This document shows positions 19,654 through 30,030 of a DNA stretch of 64,000 nt, in pieces. Made by a program: the position numbers and the translations under genes. Source of the DNA: Thermoanaerobaculia bacterium (GTDB lineage Bacteria; Acidobacteriota; Thermoanaerobaculia; Multivoradales; Multivoraceae); contig OY761158.1 of NCBI GenBank assembly GCA_963664405.1, positions 5,920,001 through 5,984,000 on the forward strand, read 5' to 3'. How positions within the stretch are numbered: position 1 is the stretch's first letter; the number at the start of each line of letters is the position of its first letter. The notes under the pieces are model-generated. The model saw only the letters and a list, made by a program, of their open reading frames with translations. It ran no database searches and was not told the origin of the DNA.

Positions 19654-21759
19654 GTGGCGAGTGCGATCGTAGCGGGAGGGTTGCGGTCGGGGCTGATCGT
19701 CGGGCTCGGCCTGGGTCTGGGCTTGGTCGTGGCAGAGCCCACCCTATTCGGGGTGGAGGAAGGCTCTCTCGCGGCGCCGGAGGGCGTGGTCCTGAATGCC
19801 TTCGACATCGGTGGCCTCGAGCCTCGCTCGGCGGCGCTTCTGCTCAGCGGCCAGGAGGGCGGGGAGATACCGATCCGAGTCCTCGCCTTTCCGCTCGGCG
19901 AAGCGGAGGGTGTGGTCGATACGGCTCTGGTAGTCGATGTCGCGGGTGGTGCGCTCCTCGGCGACCCCGAGGAGAAGCTGCTCAGGGTTGAGGTCTACGC
20001 CTATGCTCTCGGCGCCGCAGGGGGTGTACAGGACTTCTTCTGCCAGGCTTTCACTTTGGAGACCGAAGAAGTGGGGGAGCTCCTCGGTGCGGGCGGTGTC
20101 AAGTTCCTCGCCCACCTCTCTCTTCCCGTCGGTGACTATTCGCTGCGGGTTCTGGTCCACTTGCGAGAGCTCGACCGCTTCGGCCTGGCGAAGGTTCCGC
20201 TGAGCTTGACCGCACCCGCGTCCGAGACCCCGCCGGTGCTTGCGCCTCCGCTCCTACTCGAACGGGCCGAGCGCTGGGTCGTTGTTCAACAGGGTGACAA
20301 GGAGGGAAGAGCTTCGTCTTCTCTCCCCTGGCTCACAGAAGGGCGGGGGGTTGTTCCGGCAGCTCGTGGCGTGGTCGCAGGGGGAACGAATAGGTTTCTT
20401 GTCGGAGTGATCGCCGAGACACTGCCGACGGATTTGGCACTGGAAGCGAGCCGAGTGGGGGAGGAAGAAGCGTTACGGCTCGACTTCCACAGCGGCGAGG
20501 GCTCTCCTTCGGAGGAAGCCGGACTGATGCTTGTCGAGGCCGAGGTCTCATTCTCGGACCTGGCGGCCGGGGAGTACTCGCTAAGGTTGTTGGCCGGCGA
20601 CAGGGCTTCGGCACCGGCATCACTGGTAGTGCTGCCCGAGGCACCGGATGGCGAGCTGCCCCTTTGGACCCAGCTCGGGGCCGTTCTCTTCTCCGAGATG
20701 GAACCGATGGACATCGACATTCCCGCTGCTTCCTCCGCCAAGGGGTGGCGGAGCTCGCAGTTGTCCCAGGCTTACCTTGCCGCGGTCGAGCTCTTGGCCG
20801 AAGGGCAGGACGAGGCGGCCCAAAAGGCAATCATGGAGCTCGAGGTCGAGGGTCTAGGGAGCGGGTCGCAGAAGAACTTTCGACGGGTCTTCGACTCGGA
20901 GCTCGATGTGATCCGTCGCTTGAGCGCGTCCAATCCCCATAGTTTGGTTCCCTTGACTCTCCTTCACGACGAGCTCTATCAGCAATACCGAAGCGGTGGG
21001 CATCTGCAGTTGTCCAGCCACTCCCGTCAGTTTGCCCTGGCTCTGGGCGAGCGGCACGCTGAGCTCGTGCCTCGCGGCAGAGGGTCTGGATTCTTCGACG
21101 ATTATCTTCTGGACCGCGCCGGAAAAGTGCTGGAGAGCGGTAATTATCTCGAGGCCTACCGTCTACTCGATCGAGCGAAAGAGACGAACCCCGACCGTCA
21201 GGAGATCATTCTGGCTCTCGCCGCCATTCAAGAGGCGCTGAGCCACTATCAGGACGCCGTAGACCTGTTGCGTGTGGCCAACCGCCTCGATCGAAAGCCC
21301 GGCGAAGTACGTCTCCGACTGGCGATCAATATGGTGCGAGTCGGCGAGAGAGGCAACATCGTCAGCTTGTTCGAGAGCTGCCTCGAGCCGGAGGCACCGG
21401 AATGGGTCCGAACCGTTGCATTCCAGGAGCTGGCCCGTTTTTATCGCAGCCAAGGTCGGATCGATAAGGCGCTGGCTGTGCTCGAGCGGGCGACGGCGGA
21501 GCCCGACGCCTCCGAGCGTCTTTTTCTGCAGCTTTCGGCACTTCTCGATAGTGCGGGCCGACCGGAGGATGCTCGTAAGGCCTTAACGGGGCAGAGCTCT
21601 TCACCGGGCGGAGATCTGGATTCTGCGCGATTGCGCTACAGCGAATGGCCGCTGTGGGTTTTCGAGTCTGCGGCGACCGCGATGGCCCGACGCAGTAGCG
21701 AAGCGATGGCGGGCTTGCAGGAGGCCCTCGGCTCGCTGTCGGAGTCCGGAGGACGATGA
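19654..21759 (+). CDS. Hypothetical protein with C-terminal TPR-like helical repeats
   Basis: 701-aa ORF between two VWA genes, with a hydrophobic N-terminus and TPR-like helices at the C-terminus. Confidence 0.75.
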   Translation: MASAIVAGGLRSGLIVGLGLGLGLVVAEPTLFGVEEGSLAAPEGVVLNAFDIGGLEPRSAALLLSGQEGGEIPIRVLAFPLGEAEGVVDTALVVDVAGGALLGDPEEKLLRVEVYAYALGAAGGVQDFFCQAFTLETEEVGELLGAGGVKFLAHLSLPVGDYSLRVLVHLRELDRFGLAKVPLSLTAPASETPPVLAPPLLLERAERWVVVQQGDKEGRASSSLPWLTEGRGVVPAARGVVAGGTNRFLVGVIAETLPTDLALEASRVGEEEALRLDFHSGEGSPSEEAGLMLVEAEVSFSDLAAGEYSLRLLAGDRASAPASLVVLPEAPDGELPLWTQLGAVLFSEMEPMDIDIPAASSAKGWRSSQLSQAYLAAVELLAEGQDEAAQKAIMELEVEGLGSGSQKNFRRVFDSELDVIRRLSASNPHSLVPLTLLHDELYQQYRSGGHLQLSSHSRQFALALGERHAELVPRGRGSGFFDDYLLDRAGKVLESGNYLEAYRLLDRAKETNPDRQEIILALAAIQEALSHYQDAVDLLRVANRLDRKPGEVRLRLAINMVRVGERGNIVSLFESCLEPEAPEWVRTVAFQELARFYRSQGRIDKALAVLERATAEPDASERLFLQLSALLDSAGRPEDARKALTGQSSSPGGDLDSARLRYSEWPLWVFESAATAMARRSSEAMAGLQEALGSLSESGGR

Positions 21760-22955
21760 GGTTCCCTGAGAGCTTGACTTTGGCGCTGACTCTGGGCGTC
21801 GCGGTGGGACTGCCTGTGGAGGCTCAAGAGCCTCTCGTCTACATCGAGAGCCCGAGTTCGTTGGTGCCGGCGCTAGGGCAGGTCGAGGTCGAGGTGACGG
21901 TCAGCTCCCCGAGTCCGATCCAGAGAGTCGTGTTCTATATCGACAACATGGCCCTCGGTGAGGTGCTCGAGGCCCCTTTCAAGATGACCGTCGACGCCGG
22001 TCATGAGAACGTCGAGCACACCTTCAGAGCCGTGGCCTACGACACCTTCGGCCGCACCGGCACGGCGTCGGTCTCGACTCCGGTCTTCCGGGTCGACGAG
22101 GAAGTTTCCTATGCCCTGCAGCAGCTCTATGTCAGCGTCGGCGAGGAAGGCTCGCGGGTGCTCGATCTGGAAGTCGAGGATTTCACGATCCTCGATGAGG
22201 GACGACCGCAAGAGCTCGTGACCTTCGCCTTCGGAGACATCCCGTTCACGGCCGTAGTGCTGGTGGACTCGAGCACCAGCATGAAGGGCGCCAAGCTCGA
22301 TTCGGCGCTCGCCGGAGCCCGCGCCTTCTTCGAGCTCATGAGGCCTCTCGACGAGACTAGGTTGATCGTCTTTTCCGACCGTATCCGTCACGCCACTCCG
22401 TTCACCGGCTTCTCCGACATTCTGAGCTTCGGACTCGGGCAGATCGAAGCGGGCGGCGGAACCGCTGTTTTCGATCATCTCTATCTAGCCCTCAAGGAGC
22501 TCGAGGTACGGCAGGGAAGACGGGTGGTGGTGGTGCTCTCGGATGGGATCGATGCCCATAGCGTGCTGTCTCCGCGCGACGACATGATGGCGAAGGCGCG
22601 GCACAGTCAGGCCATCATCTACTGGCTACGTTTGCCTTTGGGAAGAGCGAGCAGCGATGGCTCCTTCTCGGCGCGCACGAGTGCTTGGCGCAGCGCTGAC
22701 GAATATCGAGAGAGCTATCAGCTGCTCGAGCAGACGGTCAAAGAGAGCGGCGGGAGGGTCGAGCCGATTCCCTCTCTCAGTGCCATCGAGCCGGCCTTTC
22801 GCAGCATCGTTGCCGAGCTGCGCGAGCAATACGCACTGGGTTACTACCCCGCCGAGGCGAAGTATGACGGCAGCTGGCGTCGGGTAAAGGTGCAGCTCTC
22901 GCGGCCGAGGGTGAAGTTGAGAACGAGAGACGGCTATCTCGATCTTCGCCGGTAG
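21756..22955 (+). CDS. Secreted Ig-like + VWA-domain protein
   Basis: Signal peptide, Ig-like segment, canonical MIDAS DSSTS, GGTAVFD, LSDG.D and QY.LGY. Confidence 0.88.
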   Translation: MRFPESLTLALTLGVAVGLPVEAQEPLVYIESPSSLVPALGQVEVEVTVSSPSPIQRVVFYIDNMALGEVLEAPFKMTVDAGHENVEHTFRAVAYDTFGRTGTASVSTPVFRVDEEVSYALQQLYVSVGEEGSRVLDLEVEDFTILDEGRPQELVTFAFGDIPFTAVVLVDSSTSMKGAKLDSALAGARAFFELMRPLDETRLIVFSDRIRHATPFTGFSDILSFGLGQIEAGGGTAVFDHLYLALKELEVRQGRRVVVVLSDGIDAHSVLSPRDDMMAKARHSQAIIYWLRLPLGRASSDGSFSARTSAWRSADEYRESYQLLEQTVKESGGRVEPIPSLSAIEPAFRSIVAELREQYALGYYPAEAKYDGSWRRVKVQLSRPRVKLRTRDGYLDLRR

Positions 22956-22961
22956 GCCTCT

Positions 22962-24479
22962 TTACGAGGACGCACGCGCCCCCGCGACCGCCTGCTCGAG
23001 GCCCCGTACCGACAACGTTCTGCCGGGGTTGCGCTCGTTCGCCCGTCGAAATGCTTTCGTCGCTTCTTCGCTGTGCCCGAGGCGGAGCAACTCCTCGCCG
23101 AGCAGCTCGAAAGTCGGCTTGAGCACTCGGGGTGGCCCGAAGGCGAAGGGTAGGGCGTCCTCGTCGCTTGCCGCTTGGCGGAGCATCTCCAGGCCCGCTT
23201 CTGTGCGCCCCTCCGCGATCGCCACCAGCCCGCGTAGCTCGGCAATATGAAGCTCGCCGTTGGGGGAGTCGGCCTCCAAGCCTCCGGCCAGCAGTAGGCG
23301 AGCGGGCTCTGCGTCTGACTGGCGCAGTGCAGCGAAGGCGTTGGCGAAGTCGTAGCTCAGAAGGGCGTCGTCGTCAGTCGGCGGGTCGAGGGTCCATCTC
23401 GAGGCGAGGTCCCAGTCTTCGGTGTCGAGCAGATGGCGCGCCCTCATCGACAGGAAGTACGACCGTTCTTCGTCGTCAGGCTCCTCGGCCATGCGGTTGT
23501 GGCAGGCGTCCATCAGAGCTTCGGCCTCGGCAGACTGCGCCAGCATCAGGTGCCCGTAGTGAAGCCAGGAGGAGTAATGCCCGCACAGGTTGGGGCGTCG
23601 GTCGCGAGCGGCAAGCTGGGTGTCCTGAGTGCCACTGGCTCGGATGTTGCCGCTTACAACGTCTTCCCACATTCCCATCGCGACGAAAATGTGGGTGGTC
23701 ATGTGCTGGGCGTGGGCGGCGTTGGGGGCGATATCGGCATAGGCGCGAGCCGCTGGGAGCCCCAAAGGCGCATGCACCGGGTCGTCGAAGGAGTGGATGA
23801 TGTAGTGCGCGGCCCCTGGGTGTTCGGGGTTCCGATCGAATACAGGCTGGGCCATGGCGGCGGCCTTCATATAGGTTGCGAAGTCGCGGCTGCCGTTGCG
23901 ACTGCCCAGAATCGCCAACGAGAAGAAGGAACGCGCCTCGTCATCCTCGGGGTAGGACGTGTGCAAGTGCTGCATGGCGTCCATATACGCCAGATCTTGC
24001 TGCTCTTTGCTGCCTTCGGCGTAGAGCGCCTCGACGGCATCGAGATACAGGCTTTCTCGCTCGCTGCCGGCCTTCTCGCGCCGCGCCTCGGTCGTGGGCG
24101 CAAGGCGCTCGAGTGCCGACCGCGCGGCCTCGATGTCTTTCTCGCGCCACAGCGGGTGGTTGTAACTCATCGCCTCTCCCCAATAGGCGAGGGCGAAGTC
24201 AGGGTCGGCACGCTGCGCCTCTACGAATGCCTCCGCTGAGGGCTCGAACTCGAAGCTGTGGAGGAGAAGCACCCCGCGCAGAAACGGTTCCCTGGCCGTG
24301 TCGTTGACCGAGCTGGAAAACGACAGACTGCCGAGCCCCTCGATGCGGCTGAGCTCGGAAGCGTTGGGTGTCGCGCTGTCAACCGTCCGACTGGCCGGCC
24401 GTTCGCATCCAGCGAGGCAGAGGCAGGCAAGCACCGTAGTGACTCCGAGGCACTTGAATAGATTGAAAACATGGATCAT
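22962..24479 (-). CDS. TPR-containing lipoprotein, conserved hypothetical
   Basis: LCLAGC lipobox; F.RG.LLLHSF, DPDFALAYWGEAM, HPGAAHYIIH.FD and AHAQHM..HIF. Confidence 0.8.
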   Translation of the reverse strand: MIHVFNLFKCLGVTTVLACLCLAGCERPASRTVDSATPNASELSRIEGLGSLSFSSSVNDTAREPFLRGVLLLHSFEFEPSAEAFVEAQRADPDFALAYWGEAMSYNHPLWREKDIEAARSALERLAPTTEARREKAGSERESLYLDAVEALYAEGSKEQQDLAYMDAMQHLHTSYPEDDEARSFFSLAILGSRNGSRDFATYMKAAAMAQPVFDRNPEHPGAAHYIIHSFDDPVHAPLGLPAARAYADIAPNAAHAQHMTTHIFVAMGMWEDVVSGNIRASGTQDTQLAARDRRPNLCGHYSSWLHYGHLMLAQSAEAEALMDACHNRMAEEPDDEERSYFLSMRARHLLDTEDWDLASRWTLDPPTDDDALLSYDFANAFAALRQSDAEPARLLLAGGLEADSPNGELHIAELRGLVAIAEGRTEAGLEMLRQAASDEDALPFAFGPPRVLKPTFELLGEELLRLGHSEEATKAFRRANERNPGRTLSVRGLEQAVAGARASS

Positions 24480-24501
24480 CGGTATCTCCCGGAAGATTGT
24501 C

Positions 24502-25128
24502 TTAGCCACCCCAACCGAGGCTCCGGGTCCTGGCCAGAATCACCTCGGCGGTGCCGTCGAATCCCAGTCGGCCGGTGTTGAGCACCATGTCGTAGTTCAC
24601 CGGGTCGTTCCAGTTTCTGCCGAAGTACTCGCGGTGGTAGCGAGCGCGATTGCGATCACGCTCGTCCAGGATCGCTCGCGCCTCCGAATTGCTCACATTC
24701 AGCTTCTCTTCCGCGACTTTGGCGCGAAAAGAGGGCGGAGCGACCAAACGTACGTGAAGAGTGTCCTCACTGCGGGCGAGCACAGCGGCGGAGGCGCGTC
24801 CGACGAAGACGCAACGGCCTTGAGCGGCCGACTCTTCGACGATGGTCCGAGTTATGCGTGCCAGGTGGGCCTCTCCGAAAACCTCGACCGCGTCTGCCGT
24901 CGGGAGGAAGAGCTCGGGCAGCTCGACTGCCGTGAGCCGAGCGAGTCGCTCGATGAAGCTCGGCGGTCGCTCCTCTCGCTCGGCGACTTCCTCGGGAGTC
25001 ACTCCCGCACGCTCGGCGACTCGTTCGACCAGCTCGTTATCAACGAGATGCCAATCGAGCGCCTGGGCGACACTTCGGGCGACCGGCGAGCCACCCGCCG
25101 CGAATAGCCGAGAGATCGTGATCAGCAT
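24502..25128 (-). CDS. Cytidylate kinase-like family protein
   Basis: ITISRLFAAGG, VFVGRAS, HVRLVAP, D..RARYH.EYF and YDMVLNT. Confidence 0.88.
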   Translation of the reverse strand: MLITISRLFAAGGSPVARSVAQALDWHLVDNELVERVAERAGVTPEEVAEREERPPSFIERLARLTAVELPELFLPTADAVEVFGEAHLARITRTIVEESAAQGRCVFVGRASAAVLARSEDTLHVRLVAPPSFRAKVAEEKLNVSNSEARAILDERDRNRARYHREYFGRNWNDPVNYDMVLNTGRLGFDGTAEVILARTRSLGWGG

Positions 25129-25154
25129 GAGCGTCTTCTCCTCGAGGCCATCGT

Positions 25155-26471
25155 CTACTCTCTCATAGCCTCGCCGAGACGCTCGTTCATCTGCCGCAGA
25201 CTGGGACTGAAGGTGTAAAAAGCGACCGCCGCCAATACTGCGAGCACGGCGGCTCCAGCCACGGCACTAGGGGCGCCAACGATTTGGGCGACGGCACTTA
25301 CCGGTAGGGTGCCGAGTAACGGGAGAGAGAAAGACATCATGAGGAAGCTCGATACTCGACCTCGCAGCTCGTCGGGAATCAGCACCTGTATGGCGGTGTT
25401 ATTTAGCGCGCTATAGAGAATAGCGAAGACGTTAGCGATCAGTATCAGTGGCAGAGCTAGCCAGTACCACGGGCTGATGGCGAAGAGGACGAGGAAGAGA
25501 CTGAGGGCACAGACGGCGAACATCATCATTCCGAGGCGGCGGGTCGACTCGGATCGCCAGGCCACCAGTACGGCTCCAATAAGGCCACCCACTCCCGCTG
25601 CCGCGCTCATGATGCCGAGGCCCTCCGGCCCGACCTTCCAGATCTTTTCGGTGAAAACGACGAGAAGATTTTGAAAGGGCATGACCAGGAACATGGGAAC
25701 CAGGCCAAAGAACAGGAGAACGAGAACGAGACGATCTTCGAGTATGTAACGCAGGCCCTCGCGCATATTCTTGATCAGGCTCTCGTCGGCGGCATTGCCA
25801 GGAGGCGGAGCCGAGTGGACCCCGGACATCCCAACGAGCGCGAGGACGTAGAGAGAGACATTGATGCTGTAGGCCACTTTCAGCCCAACGGCGCCGATCA
25901 GGAAGCCGGCTACCGCGGGTCCGAGCACGCGAGTCGTATTGACTGCGGCCATATTGAGCGCCATTGCGTTGCTTAGACGTCCTCTGCCGACGACATTGGC
26001 GATGATCGCCTGTCTGGCCGGCATCATGATCGGAAAGGCGGAGCCCATGACGGTCGCCATCACCAGCAGGTGCCAGAAACGCAGCGTGTCGGTGAGGAGA
26101 AGGACGAGGATGATCGTCTCGCCAACGACGACCATGGCTTGGCCGGTGGCGACCAGAGTGCGTCGATCGATCCGGTCGGCGATCGCTCCCCCCAAGGGCG
26201 CGACGAGAAGCATGGGAATGGCGACCGCTGCGCTGACCAGGCCTAGTTTCAGCTCACTGCCGGTGAGCTGGAAGACGAGCCAGGCTCGGAGCACGGTCTG
26301 GCCGCCGAGGCCGAGAAAGAAGGTCGTGTTGCTGGCGAACACCCGTCGATACTGCGAGACCTCCAGCGAGCTGAAGACACGAGGAGTCGGTCGCCGGGGG
26401 GTCGTCGGAGCTGGTGTCGGTGGGGAATCGTTGGGTGAGGTGCTCAGATTAGACCTGCTCTGAGAGCACAA
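25155..26471 (-). CDS. MFS transporter
   Basis: GGAIADRIDRR motif A and about 12 TM segments; start codon uncertain. Confidence 0.9.
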   Translation of the reverse strand: MCSQSRSNLSTSPNDSPPTPAPTTPRRPTPRVFSSLEVSQYRRVFASNTTFFLGLGGQTVLRAWLVFQLTGSELKLGLVSAAVAIPMLLVAPLGGAIADRIDRRTLVATGQAMVVVGETIILVLLLTDTLRFWHLLVMATVMGSAFPIMMPARQAIIANVVGRGRLSNAMALNMAAVNTTRVLGPAVAGFLIGAVGLKVAYSINVSLYVLALVGMSGVHSAPPPGNAADESLIKNMREGLRYILEDRLVLVLLFFGLVPMFLVMPFQNLLVVFTEKIWKVGPEGLGIMSAAAGVGGLIGAVLVAWRSESTRRLGMMMFAVCALSLFLVLFAISPWYWLALPLILIANVFAILYSALNNTAIQVLIPDELRGRVSSFLMMSFSLPLLGTLPVSAVAQIVGAPSAVAGAAVLAVLAAVAFYTFSPSLRQMNERLGEAMRE

Positions 26472-26586
26472 AACGTTAAGACATGGGTGCTGGAAGCCGT
26501 TGGCGCGAACTGCTCCCCTTCGAGCATACAGGTCATCGGTCCCGATCGCGGCCGGGCGTGGAGCGGGGTGATCCGCCCCTAACCGG

Positions 26587-27216
26587 CTACCAGCGATCCC
26601 AATGAACAGTCTCCTCTGGAGGCAGTCGGGTCACCGGCCCGAAGTTGCCGAGCGGCCAGCCAACCGGAATCAGGCAGTAGGCCTCTACATTGTCCGCGAG
26701 CCCGAGGACCTCGCGAGCAGAGTCTCGGTCGGCCAGGCCCAGAGTGGTCGGCGTGGCGCCAAGGCCGAGGGCTCGGGCCGCGAGAAGAAGGTTCTGGACC
26801 CCTGGCCAAACCGAGCCCCCGGCTCGTCCAGCCCCCTCCTTGCCAACCGCGTCGGCGAATTCGAAGCAGGCGATGATCAGGACCGGGATCTCCTGGAGGT
26901 GCTCGGCCTGCCACAGCACCGCCTGCAGCATGCGCTCGCGCTTGCCCTGAGACTGGTGTTGCAGTACGGCGGGCCGTCCCGAAGAGGAACCGATGTAGAC
27001 CTCTACCGCCTTCTTGTTGAGCTCTGCGAGCCGGTTGCGCTGCTCTTGATCTTGCACGACGATCCATCGGGCGCCCTGCATGTTGGAGCCCGAAGGAGCA
27101 TGATTCCCGGCGTCAATCAGCCTGAGGATGTGCTCCGTCGGCACCGGGTCGGGCTTCAGGCGTCGCATCGCGCGGCAGTTGTTGATGACCTCGAAAACGT
27201 TCATCTCAGTTGTCAT
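26587..27216 (-). CDS. Nitroreductase family protein
   Basis: RAMRRLKPDPVP, APSGSNMQ and QNLLLAARALGLG. Confidence 0.9.
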   Translation of the reverse strand: MTTEMNVFEVINNCRAMRRLKPDPVPTEHILRLIDAGNHAPSGSNMQGARWIVVQDQEQRNRLAELNKKAVEVYIGSSSGRPAVLQHQSQGKRERMLQAVLWQAEHLQEIPVLIIACFEFADAVGKEGAGRAGGSVWPGVQNLLLAARALGLGATPTTLGLADRDSAREVLGLADNVEAYCLIPVGWPLGNFGPVTRLPPEETVHWDRW

Positions 27217-27376
27217 GCGCGCTACTGTAGACGCTGGGTCTCGGACCGGCAAGCCTGGCTCGGCTCATCGAGACCGTCCGAAATCTCGGCGCGAGCTCGC
27301 GTGTTGGAACAAAGAAGGCGGTTCTTTTTTGAGCCGCTGGAAGTGCCCTGATATCTTGTCTGTAGAGGTGATGAAT

Positions 27377-27742
27377 ATGCGAATTCGAGTTGTTCCCGCG
27401 CTCGGTCTGGTCCTGGCCTTGTACCTGGCTGTGGCCGCGTTCGCTCATATCCTGGTCGAGAAGACGGAACCCGCCGACGGATCGGCGCTGACGGCCACCC
27501 CCCGAACACTGAGGGTGTGGTTCAACCGCGGCCCCGACGTTGACAATAGCGAGCTGAAACTGATCGGCCCCGAAGGAGAGCTGACTCTAGAGGGGCTGCA
27601 TACGATGGGCGAGAACGATCTCATGGTGCGAGTCGTCGGACGGGTGCCTGACGGTGACTACGTCGCGAAGTGGAAATCGCAAGGTGACGACGGCCATTCC
27701 CGCGAGGGAGAGTGGACCTTCAGTCTGAAGCGGGGTGGGTGA
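27377..27742 (+). CDS. copC: Copper-binding protein CopC family
   Basis: Signal peptide ending AFA-H (mature N-terminal His), P.DG, and the C-terminal DDGH...G.W.F motif. Confidence 0.8.
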   Translation: MRIRVVPALGLVLALYLAVAAFAHILVEKTEPADGSALTATPRTLRVWFNRGPDVDNSELKLIGPEGELTLEGLHTMGENDLMVRVVGRVPDGDYVAKWKSQGDDGHSREGEWTFSLKRGG

Positions 27743-27762
27743 GTCCCCGAAGAGCTGTGAGC

Positions 27763-28764
27763 TCAAGTGAGTAGGTCGAGTGCCCTTCCGAGTAGGGGCT
27801 CGATCGACAGAGCAGTTGTCTCCCAGTCGGGATCTATGCGTTTGCCGCGGCGGTGGAGGGCCAGGTTGAAGCCGCTGATGATGGCAAATTTGTACGCTGC
27901 GAGGGCGCGAAACCAAGCCAGACCTTCGACCCGCATGCCCCAGGTTTCCTGGTAGAGCTCTAGAAGCTCCTCGACCTGCGGCATCATTCCGCTCGGGGCG
28001 CGTTCCGCGGTCCACGCCATCGGGTCATTGAACGTGGCGATCCATCCGACGTCGTTGAGCGTCGCGCCCACTCCCACCAGTTCCCAGTCGATAACCGCGA
28101 GCAGCTCTCCGGCGGGTGAGTAGAAGAGGTTCGACCATTGGAAGTCACCGTGAAAGATGCCGATCCGCGGATCCCGCGGGATCCGCTCGAGGAGAAGCTT
28201 CCGAACTGCAGGCACCTGCTCGAGGCGTTGCGGCTCCGCAGCTTTCTCGACGAAACGATCCCAGCGCACCACATCGTCCTCGAAGGGGATCGGGGTTCCC
28301 AGGTAGGGAGCAGAGTGCCAGTCGAGGCGATGGATTCCTGCGAGAGCTTTCATCGCCTGCCTGGCCATCTCGACGCGCTTCTGTGGTTGCAGCCGGTGGA
28401 TCCAGGCGTCATCGGCAAATCCGACTACAGCGCCCTCGAGCTGAGGGACTATGAAGTAGGGGCAGCCGAACCACTGGAGGTCGTCTCCCGACCACCGCAC
28501 CGAACAGTGCGGAACGGAAGTGGCTTCCAGGACCGAGAGCACTTCCACCTGGCGCAGGACATCCGCAGTTCCCGCCCAGCGAACATTGGGCGGCGGCAGG
28601 CGCAGATACCAGCGCTCGATCGTTTCGCCGCTGGTGACGGTGAACCCGTAAGAGAAGCCTGCGTGCCCCGGCATGTTGAAGACCTCAGAGACTTCGGCTG
28701 CGGGGTCCTCATACATGGCCCGACTGAAGCTCAGCAGTCTCGGTTCGAGCTCGACGATCTCCAT
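27763..28764 (-). CDS. Phosphotransferase (APH/ACAD10-like) family protein
   Basis: YLRLPP, HGDFQWSN and VIDWEL motifs. Confidence 0.88.
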   Translation of the reverse strand: MEIVELEPRLLSFSRAMYEDPAAEVSEVFNMPGHAGFSYGFTVTSGETIERWYLRLPPPNVRWAGTADVLRQVEVLSVLEATSVPHCSVRWSGDDLQWFGCPYFIVPQLEGAVVGFADDAWIHRLQPQKRVEMARQAMKALAGIHRLDWHSAPYLGTPIPFEDDVVRWDRFVEKAAEPQRLEQVPAVRKLLLERIPRDPRIGIFHGDFQWSNLFYSPAGELLAVIDWELVGVGATLNDVGWIATFNDPMAWTAERAPSGMMPQVEELLELYQETWGMRVEGLAWFRALAAYKFAIISGFNLALHRRGKRIDPDWETTALSIEPLLGRALDLLT

Positions 28765-28930
28765 TCTTCCTCCCTCCAAGAACTCGGGACGGAATCATAG
28801 CCTTCGTCTTGACGGCGCGCTCAGCGGTCATCGGCGGGGAAGGTCTGCGGTACTCTCTCGGTCGGGCTGCTTGGCAGCGGCATCTGTTTTTCGCCTGGCG
28901 GCCCGGTCAACCTATCGGAGGGCAGGAACG

Positions 28931-30016
28931 ATGGTGGAAGAGATGGCCGACCCAACGCTGGACAGCGACGAGGTCAACGCATTCGCGTTCCAGGTGTGGA
29001 ACTACAAACAGGGCGAGATGGTCTCGCTGATGATCCATCTCGGCGACCGCCTCGGCATTTATCAGGCTCTCGACGGTGCTGGCCCCCTCTCCTCGATCGA
29101 GCTAGCTGAGCGCAGCGGCCTGAGCGAACGTTGGCTGCGGGAGTGGCTCAAAGGCCAGGCCGCTGCCAAATTACTCGAGTACCGGGGCGACGAACGCTTC
29201 GAGCTCTCCGCGGTCGGGGCCGCAGTCCTCGCCGATGAGAGCGAGAGCCTCGCCTTTGCCGCCGGGGCCTTCGGCGGTGGCTTTGCTCCGCAGGTAGTGG
29301 AGGGCCTCGCCGACGCCTTTCGTACCGGCATCGGTCTCAACTATGACGCGCAGGGAGCGGCCGCCGCCCACCGCACCGAGCGGATGCTCGGCCCCTGGGC
29401 GCGGCTGGCGTTGGTACCCAAGATCCTTCCGGCCTTGGAGGGCGTGGTCAACAAACTCGAGGCAGGAGCCAAGGTGCTCGACGTCGGTTGCGGAGCCGGT
29501 GTAGCGGTGTTTGCGATGGCAAAGGAGTACCCGGGGAGTCGTTTCGAGGGCTACGATCTCTCCCACCACGCGATCGAGCGAGCTCGCGAAAAGGCGGCAG
29601 AGGAGGGGGTGGAGAACGTCGCTTTCTTCGAGAGTAGAGGCGAAGAAGTGCCGGCCGATGCCGGTTACGATCTGGTGATCACTTTCGATTGTCTGCACGA
29701 CATGACGCGGCCTGATCGAGTGATGCAGGCGATTCGGGCGGGTGTCGTCGAAGACGGCACCTGGCTGATCAAGGAGATCAAATCCCATCCGGATTACGAG
29801 AAGAATCTGCGCAACCCGATGCTGGCGATGATGTACGGGTTCTCGGTGTCGTCGTGTATGTCGTCCGCTCTCTCCGAGGAGGGAGGCTTGGGCCTTGGAA
29901 CTCTGGGTCTGAATCCGCAGCTGGCCCGGGAGATGACTGCTAAGGCGGGCTTCTCTCGCTTTGTCGAGCACGATTTCGGAGATCCGGCAAACCTTTACTA
30001 CGAAGTTCGGCCCTAG
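28931..30016 (+). CDS. Class I SAM-dependent methyltransferase with N-terminal wHTH (Rv2258c-like)
   Basis: GDRLGIY.AL, ER.LREWL, LDVGCGAG and FDCLHDM. Confidence 0.88.
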   Translation: MVEEMADPTLDSDEVNAFAFQVWNYKQGEMVSLMIHLGDRLGIYQALDGAGPLSSIELAERSGLSERWLREWLKGQAAAKLLEYRGDERFELSAVGAAVLADESESLAFAAGAFGGGFAPQVVEGLADAFRTGIGLNYDAQGAAAAHRTERMLGPWARLALVPKILPALEGVVNKLEAGAKVLDVGCGAGVAVFAMAKEYPGSRFEGYDLSHHAIERAREKAAEEGVENVAFFESRGEEVPADAGYDLVITFDCLHDMTRPDRVMQAIRAGVVEDGTWLIKEIKSHPDYEKNLRNPMLAMMYGFSVSSCMSSALSEEGGLGLGTLGLNPQLAREMTAKAGFSRFVEHDFGDPANLYYEVRP

Positions 30017-30030
30017 TCGCGTGTTAGTCT

